DNA of 64,000 nt from positions 1-64,000 of the forward strand of contig CAXHJY010000322.1 of assembly GCA_964016885.1 (NCBI GenBank), given 5' to 3'. Made by a program: the position numbers and the translations under genes. Below, one piece after another: positions 1 to 15,000 of this stretch; the first letter of the stretch is position 1, and each line of letters begins with the position of its first letter. The notes under the pieces were generated by a model. That model had not been told where the DNA came from, made no database searches, and saw only the letters and a program-made list of their open reading frames with translations. The DNA is from Eledone cirrhosa (taxonomy: Eukaryota).

Positions 1-3000
1 GTCCAACACTTGTTAACAGAGACAGTAGACATTAAACTAGGATGATGAAAGTTGTCCAACACTTGTTAACAGAGACAGTAGACATTAAACTAGATGATGA
101 AAGTTGTCCAACACTTGTTAACAGGGACAGTAGACATTAAACTAGGATGATGAAAGTTGTCCAACACTTGTTAACAGGGACAGTAGACATTAAACTAGGA
201 TGATGAAAGTTGTCCAACACTTGTTAACAGAGACAGTAGACATTAAACTAGGATGATGAAAGTTGTCCAACACTTGTTAACAGAGACAGTAGACATTAAA
301 CTAGGATGATGAAAGTTGTCCAACACTTGTTAACAGGGACAGTAGACATTAAACTAGGATGATGAAAGTTGTCCAACACTTGTTAACAGGACAGTAGACA
401 TTAAACTAGGATGATGAAAGTTGTCCAACACTTGTTAACAGGGACAGTAGACATTAAACTAGGATGATGAAAGTTGTCCAACACTTGTTAACAGGGACAG
501 TAGACATTAAACTAGGATGATGAAAGTTGTCCAACACTTGTTAACAGAGACAGTAGACATTAAACTAGGATGATGAAAGTTGTCCAACACTTGTTAACAG
601 GGACAGTAGACATTAAACTAGGATGATGAAAGTTGTCCAACACTTGTTAACAGAGACAGTAGACATTAAACTAGGATGATGAAAGTTGTCCAACACTTGT
701 TAACAGAGACAGTAGACATTAAACTAGGATGATGAAAGTTGTCCAACACTTGTTAACAGGGACAGTAGACATTAAACTAGGATGATGAAAGTTGTCCAAC
801 ACTTGTTAACAGAGACAGTAGACATTAAACTAGGATGATGAAAGTTGTCCAACACTTGTTAACAGAGACAGTAGACATTAAACTAGGATGATGAAAGTTG
901 TCCAACACTTGTTAACAGGGACAGTAGACATTAAACTAGGATGATGAAAGTTGTCCAACACTTGTTAACAGGACAGTAGACATTAAACTAGGATGATGAA
1001 AGTTGTCCAACACTTGTTAACAGAGACAGTAGACATTAAACTAGGATGATGAAAGTTGTCCAACACTTGTTAACAGGGACAGTAGACATTAAACTAGGAT
1101 GATGAAAGTTGTCCAACACTTGTTAACAGAGACAGTAGACATTAAACTAGGATGATGAAAGTTGTCCAACACTTGTTAACAGGGACAGTAGACATTAAAC
1201 TAGGATGATGAAAGTTGTCCAACACTTGTTAACAGAGACAGTAGACATTAAACTAGGATGATGAAAGTTGTCCAACACTTGTTAACAGAGACAGTAGACA
1301 TTAAACTAGGATGATGAAAGTTGTCCAACACTTGTTAACAGGACAGTAGACATTAAACTAGGATGATGAAAGTTGTCCAACACTTGTTAACAGGGACAGT
1401 AGACATTAAACTAGGATGATGAAAGTTGTCCAACACTTGTTAACAGAGACAGTAGACATTAAACTAGGATGATGAAAGTTGTCCAACACTTGTTAACAGG
1501 GACAGTAGACATTAAACTAGGATGATGAAAGTTGTCCAACACTTGTTAACAGGACAGTAGACATTAAACTAGGATGATGAAAGTTGTCCAACACTTGTTA
1601 ACAGAGACAGTAGACATTAAACTAGGATGATGAAAGTTGTCCAACACTTGTTAACAGAGACAGTAGACATTAAACTAGGTTGATGAAAGTTGTCCAACAC
1701 TTGTTAACAGAGACAGTAGACATTAAACTAGGATGATGAAAGTTGTCCAACACTTGTTAACAGAGACAGTAGACATTAAACTAGGATGATGAAAGTTGTC
1801 CAACACTTGTTAACAGGGACAGTAGACATTAAACTAGGATGATGAAAGTTGTCCAACACTTGTTAACAGGGACAGTAGACATTAAACTAGGATGATGAAA
1901 GTTGTCCAACACTTGTTAACAGGGACAGTAGACATTAAACTAGGTTGATGAAAGTTGTCCAACACTTGTTAACAGGGACAGTAGACATTAAACTAGGATG
2001 ATGAAAGTTGTCCAACACTTGTTAACAGGGACAGTAGACATTAAACTAGGATGATGAAAGTTGTCCAACACTTGTTAACAGGGACAGTAGACATTAAACT
2101 AGGATGATGAAAGTTGTCCAACACTTGTTAACAGGGACAGTAGACATTAAACTAGGATGATGAAAGTTGTCCAACACTTGTTAACAGGGACAGTAGACAT
2201 TAAACTAGGATGATGAAAGTTGTCCAACACTTGTTAACAGAGACAGTAGACATTAAACTAGGATGATGAAAGTTGTCCAACACTTGTTAACAGAGACAGT
2301 AGACATTAAACTAGGATGATGAAAGTTGTCCAACACTTGTTAACAGGGACAGTAGACATTAAACTAGGATGATGAAAGTTGTCCAACACTTGTTAACAGG
2401 GACAGTAGACATTAAACTAGGATGATGAAAGTTGTCCAACACTTGTTAACAGGGACAGTAGACATTAAACTAGGATGATGAAAGTTGTCCAACACTTGTT
2501 AACAGAGACAGTAGACATTAAACTAGGATGATGAAAGTTGTCCAACACTTGTTAACAGGGACAGTAGACATTAAACTAGGATGATGAAAGTTGTCCAACA
2601 CTTGTTAACAGGGACAGTAGACATTAAACTAGGATGATGAAAGTTGTCCAACACTTGTTAACAGAGACAGTAGACATTAAACTAGGATGATGAAAGTTGT
2701 CCAACACTTGTTAACAGGGACAGTAGACATTAAACTAGGATGATGAAAGTTGTCCAACACTTGTTAACAGGGACAGTAGACATTAAACTAGGATGATGAA
2801 AGTTGTCCAACACTTGTTAACAGGGACAGTAGACATTAAACTAGGATGATGAAAGTTGTCCAACACTTGTTAACAGGGACAGTAGACATTAAACTAGGAT
2901 GATGAAAGTTGTCCAACACTTGTTAACAGGACAGTAGACATTAAACTAGGATGATGAAAGTTGTCCAACACTTGTTAACAGGGACAGTAGACATTAAACT

Positions 3001-6000
3001 AGGATGATGAAAGTTGTCCAACACTTGTTAACAGGAACAGTAGACATTAAACTAGGATGATGAAAGTTGTCCAACACTTGTTAACAGGGACAGTAGACAT
3101 TAAACTAGGATGATGAAAGTTGTCCAACACTTGTTAACAGGAACAGTAGACATTAAACTAGGATGATGAAAGTTGTCCAACACTTGTTAACAGGGACAGT
3201 AGACATTAAACTAGGATGATGAAAGTTGTCCAACACTTGTTAACAGGGACAGTAGACATTAAACTAGGATGATGAAAGTTGTCCAACACTTGTTAACTGA
3301 GACAGTAGACGTTAAACTAGGATGATGAAAGTTGTCCAACACTTGTTAACAGAGACAGTAGACATTAAACTAGGATGATGAAAGTTGTCCAACACTTGTT
3401 AACAGAGACAGTAGACATTAAACTAGGATGATGAAAGTTGTCCAACACTTGTTAACAGGGACAGTAGACATTAAACTAGGATGATGAAAGTTGTCCAACA
3501 CTTGTTAACAGGAACAGTAGACATTAAACTAGGATGATGAAAGTTGTCCAACACTTGTTAACAGGGACAGTAGACATTAAACTAGGATGATGAAAGTTGT
3601 CCAACACTTGTTAACAGGGACAGTAGACATTAAACTAGGATGATGAAAGTTGTCCAACACTTGTTAACTGAGACAGTAGACGTTAAACTAGGATGATGAA
3701 AGTTGTCCAACACTTGTTAACAGGAACAGTAGACGTTAAACTAGGATGATGAAAGTTGTCCAACACTTGTTAACAGGGACAGTAGACATTAAACTAGGAT
3801 GATGAAAGTTGTGTCCAACACTTGTTAACAGAGACAGTAGACATTAAACTAGGTTGATGAAAGTTGTCCAACTTGTTAACAGAGACAGTAGACATTAAAC
3901 TAATGATGAAAGTTGTCCAAACACTTGTTAACAGGGACAGTAGACATTAAACTAGGATGATGAAAGTTGTCACTAACACTTGTTAACAGAGACAGTAGAC
4001 ATTAAACTAGGATGATGAAAGTTGTCCAACACTTGTTAACAGGGACAGTAGACATTAAACTAGGATGATGAAAGTTGTCCAACACTTGTTAACAGGAACA
4101 GTAGACATTAAACTAGGATGATGAAAGTTGTCCAACACTTGTTAACAGGGACAGTAGACATTAAACTAGGATGATGAAAGTTGTCCAACACTTGTTAACA
4201 GGAACAGTAGACATTAAACTAGGATGATGAAAGTTGTCCAACACTTGTTAACAGAGACAGTAGACATTAAACTAGGATGATGAAAGTTGTCCAACACTTG
4301 TTAACAGGGACAGTAGACATTAAACTAGGATGATGAAAGTTGTCCAACACTTGTTAACTGAGACAGTAGACGTTAAACTAGGATGATGAAAGTTGTCCAA
4401 CACTTGTTAACAGAGACAGTAGACATTAAACTAGGTTGATGAAAGTTGTCCAACACTTGTTAACAGGGACAGTAGACATTAAACTAGGATGATGAAAGTT
4501 GTCCAACACTTGTTAACAGAGACAGTAGACATTAAACTAAGATGATGAAAGTTGTCCAACACTTGTTAACAGAGACAGTAGACATTAAACTAGGTTGATG
4601 AAAGTTGTCCAACACTTGTTAACAGGGACAGTAGACATTAAACTAGGATGATGAAAGTTGTCCAACACTTGTTAACAGAGACAGTAGACATTAAACTAGG
4701 TTGATGAAAGTTGTCCAACACTTGTTAACAAAGACAGTAGACATTAAACTAGGTGATGAAAGTTGTCCAACACTTGTTAACAGGGACAGTAGACATTAAA
4801 CTAGGTTCATGAAAGTTGTCCAACACTTGTTAACAGAGACAGTAGACATTAAACTAGGATGATGAAAGTTGTCCAACACTTGTTAACAGAGACAGTAGAC
4901 ATTAAACTAGGTTGATGAAAGTTGTCCAACACTTGTTAACAGAGACAGTAGACATTAAACTAAGATGATGAAAGTTGTCCAACACTTTCTTAACAAAGAC
5001 AGTAGACATTAAACTAAGATGATGAAAGTTGTCCAACACTTTCTTAACATGGACAGTAGACATTAAACTAGGATGATGAAAGTTGTCCAACACTTGTTAA
5101 CAGGGACAGTAGACATTAAACTAGGATGATGAAAGTTGTCCAACACTTGTTAACAGGGACAGTAGACATTAAACTAGGATGATGAAAGTTGTCCAACACT
5201 TGTTAACAGGGACAGTAGACATTAAACTAGGATGATGAAAGTTGTCCAACACTTGTTAACAGAGACAGTAGACATTAAACTAGGATGATGAAAGTTGTCC
5301 AACACTTGTTAACAGAGACAGTAGACATTAAACTAGGATGATGAAAGTTGTCCAACACTTGTTAACAGAGACAGTAGACATTAAACTAGGATGATGAAAG
5401 TTGTCCAACACTTGTTAACAGAGACAGTAGACATTAAACTAAGATGATGAAAGTTGTCCAACACTTGTTAACAGGGACAGTAGACATTAAACTAGGATGA
5501 TGAAAGTTGTCCAACACTTGTTAACAGAGACAGTAGACATTAAACTAGGATGATGAAAGTTGTCCAACACTTGTTAACAGAGACAGTAGACATTAAACTA
5601 AGATGATGAAAGTTGTCCAACACTTGTTAACAGGACAGTAGACATTAAACTAGGATGATGAAAGTTGTCCAACACTTGTTAACAGAGACAGTAGACATTA
5701 AACTAGGATGATGAAAGTTGTCCAACACTTGTTAACAGAGACAGTAGACATTAAACTAGGATGATGAAAGTTGTCCAACACTTGTTAACAGGGACAGTAG
5801 ACATTAAACTAGGATGATGAAAGTTGTCCAACACTTGTTAACAGGGACAGTAGACATTAAACTAGGATGATGAAAGTTGTCCAACACTTGTTAACAGAGA
5901 CAGTAGACATTAAACTAGGTTGATGAAAGTTGTCCAACACTTGTTAACAGGGACAGTAGACATTAAACTAGGATGATGAAAGTTGTCCAACACTTGTTAA

Positions 6001-9000
6001 CAGAGACAGTAGACATTAAACTAGGATGATGAAAGTTGTCCAACACTTGTTAACAGGGACAGTAGACATTAAACTAGGGTGATGAAAGTTGTCCAACACT
6101 TGTTACAGAGACAGTAGACATTAAACTAGGTTGATGAAAGTTGTCCAACACTTGTTAACAGGGACAGTAGACATTAAACTAGGATGATGAAAGTTGTCCA
6201 ACACTTGTTAACAGGGACAGTAGACATTAAACTAGGATGATGAAAGTTGTCCAACACTTGTTAACAGGGACAGTAGACATTAAACTAGGTTGATGAAAGT
6301 TGTCCAACACTTGTTAACAGAGACAGTAGACATTAAACTAGGATGATGAAAGTTGTCCAACACTTGTTAACAGGGACAGTAGACATTAAACTAGGTTCAT
6401 GAAAGTTGTCCAACACTTGTTAACAGAGACAGTAGACATTAAACTAGGATGATGAAAGTTGTCCAACACTTGTTAACAGAGACAGTAGACATTAAACTAG
6501 GATGATGAAAGTTGTCCAACACTTGTTAACAGAGACAGTAGACATTAAACTAGGTTGATGAAAGTTGTCCAACACTTGTTAACAGGGACAGTAGACATTA
6601 AACTAAGATGATGAAAGTTGTCCAACACTTTCTTAACAAAGACAGTAGACATTAAACTAAGATGATGAAAGTTGTCCAACACTTTCTTAACAGGGACAGT
6701 AGACATTAAACTAGGATGATGAAAGTTGTCCAACACTTGTTAACAGGGACAGTAGACATTAAACTAGGATGATGAAAGTTGTCCAACACTTGTTAACAGG
6801 GACAGTAGACATTAAACTAGGTTGATGAAGTTGTCCAACACTTGTTAACAGGGACAGTAGACATTAAACTAGGATGATGAAAGTTGTCCAACACTTGTTA
6901 ACAGGGACAGTAGACATTAAACTAGGATGATGAAAGTTGTCCAACACTTGTTAACAGGAACAGTAGACATTAAACTAGGATGATGAAAGTTGTCCAACAC
7001 TTGTTAACAGGGACAGTAGACATTAAACTAGGATGATGAAAGTTGTCCAACACTTGTTAACAGGGACAGTAGACATTAAACTAGGATGATGAAAGTTGTC
7101 CAACACTTGTTAACAGAGACAGTAGACATTAAACTAGGATGATGAAAGTTGTCCAACACTTGTTAACAGAGACAGTAGACATTAAACTAGGATGATGAAA
7201 GTTGTCCAACACTTGTTAACAGGGACAGTAGACATTAAACTAGGATGATGAAAGTTGTCCAACACTTGTTAACAGGGACAGTAGACATTAAACTAGGATG
7301 ATGAAAGTTGTCCAACACTTGTTAACAGGGACAGTAGACATTAAACTAGGATGATGAAAGTTGTCCAACACTTGTTAACAGAGACAGTAGACATTAAACT
7401 AGGATGATGAAAGTTGTCCAACACTTGTTAACAGGGACAGTAGACATTAAACTAGGATGATGAAAGTTGTCCAACACTTGTTAACAGGGACAGTAGACAT
7501 TAAACTAGGATGATGAAAGTTGTCCAACACTTGTTAACAGAGACAGTAGACATTAAACTAGGATGATGAAAGTTGTCCAACACTTGTTAACAGGGACAGT
7601 AGACATTAAACTAGGATGATGAAAGTTGTCCAACACTTGTTAACAGGGACAGTAGACATTAAACTAGGATGATGAAAGTTGTCCAACACTTGTTAACAGG
7701 GACAGTAGACATTAAACTAGGATGATGAAAGTTGTCCAACACTTGTTAACAGGGACAGTAGACATTAAACTAGGATGATGAAAGTTGTCCAACACTTGTT
7801 AACAGGAACAGTAGACATTAAACTAGGATGATGAAAGTTGTCCAACACTTGTTAACAGGGACAGTAGACATTAAACTAGGATGATGAAAGTTGTCCAACA
7901 CTTGTTAACAGGAACAGTAGACATTAAACTAGGATGATGAAAGTTGTCCAACACTTGTTAACAGGGACAGTAGACATTAAACTAGGATGATGAAAGTTGT
8001 CCAACACTTGTTAACAGGAACAGTAGACATTAAACTAGGATGATGAAAGTTGTCCAACACTTGTTAACAGGGACAGTAGACATTAAACTAGGATGATGAA
8101 AGTTGTCCAACACTTGTTAACAGGGACAGTAGACATTAAACTAGGATGATGAAAGTTGTCCAACACTTGTTAACTGAGACAGTAGACGTTAAACTAGGAT
8201 GATGAAAGTTGTCCAACACTTGTTAACAGAGACAGTAGACATTAAACTAGGTTGATGAAAGTTGTCCAACACTTGTTAACAGAGACAGTAGACATTAAAC
8301 TAGGATGATGAAAGTTGTCCAACACTTGTTAACAGGGACAGTAGACATTAAACTAGGATGATGAAAGTTGTCCAACACTTGTTAACAGGAACAGTAGACA
8401 TTAAACTAGGATGATGAAAGTTGTCCAACACTTGTTAACAGGGACAGTAGACATTAAACTAGGATGATGAAAGTTGTCCAACACTTGTTAACAGGGACAG
8501 TAGACATTAAACTAGGATGATGAAAGTTGTCCAACACTTGTTAACTGAGACAGTAGACGTTAAACTAGGATGATGAAAGTTGTCCAACACTTGTTAACAG
8601 GAACAGTAGACGTTAAACTAGGATGATGAAAGTTGTCCAACACTTGTTAACAGGGACAGTAGACATTAAACTAGGATGATGAAAGTTGTCCAACACTTGT
8701 TAACAGGAACAGTAGACATTAAACTAGGATGATGAAAGTTGTCCAACACTTGTTAACAGGGACAGTAGACATTAAACTAGGATGATGAAAGTTGTCCAAC
8801 ACTTGTTAACAGGAACAGTAGACATTAAACTAGGATGATGAAAGTTGTCCAACACTTGTTAACTGAGACAGTAGACGTTAAACTAGGATGATGAAAGTTG
8901 TCCAACACTTGTTAACAGAGACAGTAGACATTAAACTAGGATGATGAAAGTTGTCCAACACTTGTTAACAGGAACAGTAGACATTAAACTAGGATGATGA

Positions 9001-12000
9001 AAGTTGTCCAACACTTGTTAACAGGGACAGTAGACATTAAACTAGGATGATGAAAGTTGTCCAACACTTGTTAACAGGAACAGTAGACATTAAACTAGGA
9101 TGATGAAAGTTGTCCAACACTTGTTAACAGGGACAGTAGACATTAAACTAGGATGATGAAAGTTGTCCAACACTTGTTAACAGGGACAGTAGACATTAAA
9201 CTAGGATGATGAAAGTTGTCCAACACTTGTTAACTGAGACAGTAGACGTTAAACTAGGATGATGAAAGTTGTCCAACACTTGTTAACAGAGACAGTAGAC
9301 ATTAAACTAGGTTGATGAAAGTTGTCCAACACTTGTTAACAGAGACAGTAGACATTAAACTAGGATGATGAAAGTTGTCCAACACTTGTTAACAGGGACA
9401 GTAGACATTAAACTAGGATGATGAAAGTTGTCCAACACTTGTTAACAGGAACAGTAGACATTAAACTAGGATGATGAAAGTTGTCCAACACTTGTTAACA
9501 GGGACAGTAGACATTAAACTAGGATGATGAAAGTTGTCCAACACTTGTTAACAGGAACAGTAGACATTAAACTAGGATGATGAAAGTTGTCCAACACTTG
9601 TTAACAGGAACAGTAGACATTAAACTAGGATGATGAAAGTTGTCCAACACTTGTTAACAGGAACAGTAGACATTAAACTAGGATGATGAAAGTTGTCCAA
9701 CACTTGTTAACAGAGACAGTAGACATTAAACTAGGTTGATGAAAGTTGTCCAACACTTGTTAACAGGGACAGTAGACATTAAACTAGGATGATGAAAGTT
9801 GTCCAACACTTGTTAACTGAGACAGTAGACGTTAAACTAGGATGATGAAAGTTGTCCAACACTTGTTAACAGAGACAGTAGACATTAAACTAGGTTGATG
9901 AAAGTTGTCCAACACTTGTTAACAGGGACAGTAGACATTAAACTAGGATGATGAAAGTTGTCCAACACTTGTTAACAGAGACAGTAGACATTAAACTAGG
10001 ATGATGAAAGTTGTCCAACACTTGTTAACAGAGACAGTAGACATTAAACTAGGATGATGAAAGTTGTCCAACACTTGTTAACTGAGACAGTAGACGTTAA
10101 ACTAAGATGATGAAAGTTGTCCAACACTTGTTAACAGAGACAGTAGACATTAAACTAGGATGATGAAAGTTGTCCAACACTTGTTAACAGGGACAGTAGA
10201 CATTAAACTAGGATGATGAAAGTTGTCCAACACTTGTTAACAGAGACAGTAGACATTAAACTAGGATGATGAAAGTTGTCCAACACTTGTTAACAGGGAC
10301 AGTAGACATTAAACTAGGATGATGAAAGTTGTCCAACACTTGTTAACAGGGACAGTAGACATTAAACTAGGATGATGAAAGTTGTCCAACACTTGTTAAC
10401 AGAGACAGTAGACATTAAACTAGGATGATGAAAGTTGTCCAACACTTGTTAACAGGGACAGTAGACATTAAACTAGGATGATGAAAGTTGTCCAACACTT
10501 GTTAACAGAGACAGTAGACATTAAACTAGGTTGATGAAAGTTGTCCAACACTTGTTAACAGGGACAGTAACATTAAACTAGGATGATGAAAGTTGTCCAA
10601 CACTTGTTAACAGGGACAGTAGACATTAAACTAGGATGATGAAAGTTGTCCAACACTTGTTAACAGAGACAGTAGACATTAAACTAGGATGATGAAAGTT
10701 GTCCAACACTTGTTAACAGGGACAGTAGACTTTAAACTAGGATGATGAAAGTTGTCCAACACTTGTTAACAGAGACAGTAGACATTAAACTAAGATGATG
10801 AAAGTTGTCCAACACTTGTTAACAGAGACAGTAGACATTAAACTAGGATGATGAAAGTTGTCCAACACTTGTTAACAGAGACAGTAGACATTAAACTAGG
10901 ATGATGAAAGTTGTCCAACACTTGTTAACAGGGACAGTAGACATTAAACTAGGATGATGAAAGTTGTCCAACACTTGTTAACAGGGACAGTAGACATTAA
11001 ACTAGGATGATGAAAGTTGTCCAACACTTGTTAACAGGAACAGTAGACATTAAACTAGGATGATGAAAGTTGTCCAACACTTGTTAACTGAGACAGTAGA
11101 CATTAAACTGGATGATGAAAGTTGTCCAACACTTGTTAACAGGGACAGTAGACATTAAACTAGGATGATGAAAGTTGTCCAACACTTGTTAACAGAGACA
11201 GTAGACATTAAACTAGGATGATGAAAGTTGTCCAACACTTGTTAACAGAGACAGTAGACATTAAACTAGGATGATGAAAGTTGTCCAACACTTGTTAACA
11301 GGAACAGTAGACATTAAACTAGGATGATGAAAGTTGTCCAACACTTGTTAACAGGAACAGTAGACATTAAACTAGGATGATGAAAGTTGTCCAACACTTG
11401 TTAACTGAGACAGTAGACATTAAACTGGGATGATGAAAGTTGTCCAACACTTGTTAACAGGAACAGTAGACATTAAACTAATATGATGAAAGTTGTCCAA
11501 CACTTGTTAACAGGGACAGTAGACATTAAACTAGGTTGATGAAAGTTGTCCAACACTTGTTAACAGGGACAGTGGACATTGAACTAGGATGATGAAAGTT
11601 GTCCAACACTTGTTAACAGGGACAGTAGACATTAAACTAGGATGATGAAAGTTGTCCAACACTTGTTAACAGAGACAGTAGACATTAAACTAGGATGATG
11701 AAAGTTGTCCAACACTTGTTAACAGAGACAGTAGACATTAAACTAGGATGATGAAAGTTGTCCAACACTTGTTAACAGGGACAGTAGACATTAAACTAGG
11801 ATGATGAAAGTTGTCCAACACTTGTTAACAGAGACAGTAGACATTAAACTAGGATGATGAAAGTTGTCCAACACTTGTTAACAGAGACAGTAGACATTAA
11901 ACTAGGATGATGAAAGTTGTCCAACACTTGTTAACAGGGACAGTAGACATTAAACTAGGATGATGAAAGTTGTCCAACACTTGTTAACAGAGACAGTAGA

Positions 12001-15000
12001 CATTAAACTAGGATGATGAAAGTTGTCCAACACTTGTTAACAGGGACAGTAGACTTTAAACTAGGATGATGAAAGTTGTCCAACACTTGTTAACAGGGAC
12101 AGTAGACATTAAACTAGATGATGAAAGTTGTCCAACACTTGTTAACAGAGACAGTAGACATTAAACTAGGATGATGAAAGTTGTCCAACACTTGTTAACA
12201 GAGACAGTAGACATTAAACTAGGATGATGAAAGTTGTCCAACACTTGTTAACAGAGACAGTAGACATTAAACTAGGATGATGAAAGTTGTCCAACACTTG
12301 TTAACAGGGACAGTAGACTTTAAACTAGGATGATGAAAGTTGTCCAACACTTGTTAACAGGGACAGTAGACATTAAACTAAGATGATGAAAGTTGTCCAA
12401 CACTTGTTAACAGAGACAGTAGACATTAAACTAGGATGATGAAAGTTGTCCAACACTTGTTAACAGAGACAGTAGACATTAAACTAGGATGATGAAAGTT
12501 GTCCAACACTTGTTAACAGAGACAGTAGACATTAAACTAGGATGATGAAAGTTGTCCAACACTTGTTAACAGGGACAGTAGACTTTAAACTAGGATGATG
12601 AAAGTTGTCCAACACTTGTTAACAGGGACAGTAGACATTAAACTAAGATGATGAAAGTTGTCCAACACTTGTTAACAGACAGTAGACATTAAACTAGGAT
12701 GATGAAAGTTGTCCAACACTTGTTAACAAGACAGTAGACATTAAACTAGGATGATGAAAGTTGTCCAACACTTGTTAACAGGGACAGTAGACATTAAACT
12801 AAGATGATGAAAGTTGTCCAACACTTGTTAACAGGGACAGTAGACTTTAAACTAGGATGATGAAAGTTGTCCAACACTTGTTAACAGAGACAGTAGACAT
12901 TAAACTAAGATGATGAAAGTTGTCCAACACTTGTTAACAGAGACAGTAGACATTAAACTAGGATGATGAAAGTTGTCCAACACTTGTTAACAGAGACAGT
13001 AGACATTAAACTAGGATGATGAAAGTTGTCCAACACTTGTTAACAGAGACAGTAGACATTAAACTGAGATGATGAAAGTTGTCCAACACTTGTTAACAGG
13101 GACAGTAGACATTAAACTAGGATGATGAAAGTTGTGCAACACTTGTTAACAGAGACAGTAGACATTAAACTAGGATGATGAAAGTTGTCCAACACTTGTT
13201 AACAGGGACAGTAGACATTAAACTAAGATGATGAAAGTTGTCCAACACTTGTTAACAAAGACAGTAGACATTAAACTAGGATGATGAAAGTTGTCCAACA
13301 CTTGTTAACAGGGACAGTAGACATTAAACTAAGTTGATGAAAGTTGTGCAACACTTGTTAACAGAGACAGTAGACATTAAACTAAGTTGATGAAAGTTGT
13401 GCAACACTTGTTAACAGAGACAGTAGACATTAAACTAAGTTGATGAAAGTTGTGCAACACTTGTTAACAGGGACAGTAGACATTAAACTAAGTTGATGAA
13501 AGTTGTGCAACACTTGTTAACAGAGACAGTAGACATTAAACTAAGTTGATGAAAGTTGTGCAACACTTGTTAACAGGGACAGTAGACATTAAACTAAGTT
13601 GATGAAAGTTGTGCAACACTTGTTAACAGAGACAGTAGACATTAAACTAGGATGATGAAAGTTGTCCAACACTTGTTAACAGGGACAGTAGACATTAAAC
13701 TAAGATGATGAAAGTTGTCCAACACTTGTTAACAAAGACAGTAGACATTAAACTAGGATGATGAAAGTTGTCCAACACTTGTTAACAGGGACAGTAGACA
13801 TTAAACTAAGATTATGAAAGTTGTCCAACACTTGTTAACAGGGACAGTAGAGATTAAACTAGGATGATGAAAGTTGTCCAACACTTGTTAACAGAGACAG
13901 TAGACATTAAACTAGGATGATGAAAGTTGTCCAACACTAGTTAACAGAGACAGTAGACATTAAACTAGGATGATGAAAGTTGTCCAACACTAGTTAACAG
14001 AGACAGTAGACATTAAACTAGGATGATGAAAGTTGTCCAACACTTGTTAACAGGGACAGTAGACATTAAACTAGGATGATGAAAGTTGTCCAACACTTGT
14101 TAACAGAGACAGTAGACATTAAACTAGGATGATGAAAGTTGTCCAACACTTGTTAACAGGGACAGTAGACATTAAACTAGGATGATGAAAGTTGTCCAAC
14201 ACTTGTTAACAGAGACAGTAGACATTAAACTAGGATGATGAAAGTTGTCCAACACTTGTTAACAGGGACAGTAGACATTAAACTAAGTTGATGAAAGTTG
14301 TGCAACACTTGTTAACAGAGACAGTAGACATTAAACTAGGATGATGAAAGTTGTCCAACACTTGTTAACAGGGACAGTAGACATTAAACTAAGATTATGA
14401 AAGTTGTCCAACACTTGTTAACAGAGACAGTAGACATTAAACTAGGATGATGAAAGTTGTCCAACACTTGTTAACAAAGACAGTAGACATTAAACTAGGT
14501 TGATGAAAGTTGTCCAACACTAGTTAACAGAGACAGTAGACATTAAACTAGGATGATGAAAGTTGTCCAACACTTGTTAACAGAGACAGTAGACATTAAA
14601 CTAGGATGATGAAAGTTGTCCAACACTTGTTAACAGGGACAGTAGACATTAAACTAAGATGATGAAAGTTGTCCAACACTTGTTAACAAAGACAGTAGAC
14701 ATTAAACTAGGATGATGAAAGTTGTCCAACACTTGTTAACAGGGACAGTAGACATTAAACTAAGATTATGAAAGTTGTCCAACACTTGTTAACAGAGACA
14801 GTAGACATTAAACTAGGATGATGAAAGTTGTCCAACACTTGTTAACAGAGACAGTAGACATTAAACTAAGATGATGAAAGTTGTCCAACACTAGTTAACA
14901 GAGACAGTAGACATTAAACTAGGATGATGAAAGTTGTCCAACACTTGTTAACAGAGACAGTAGACATTAAACTAAGATGATGAAAGTTGTCCAACACTTG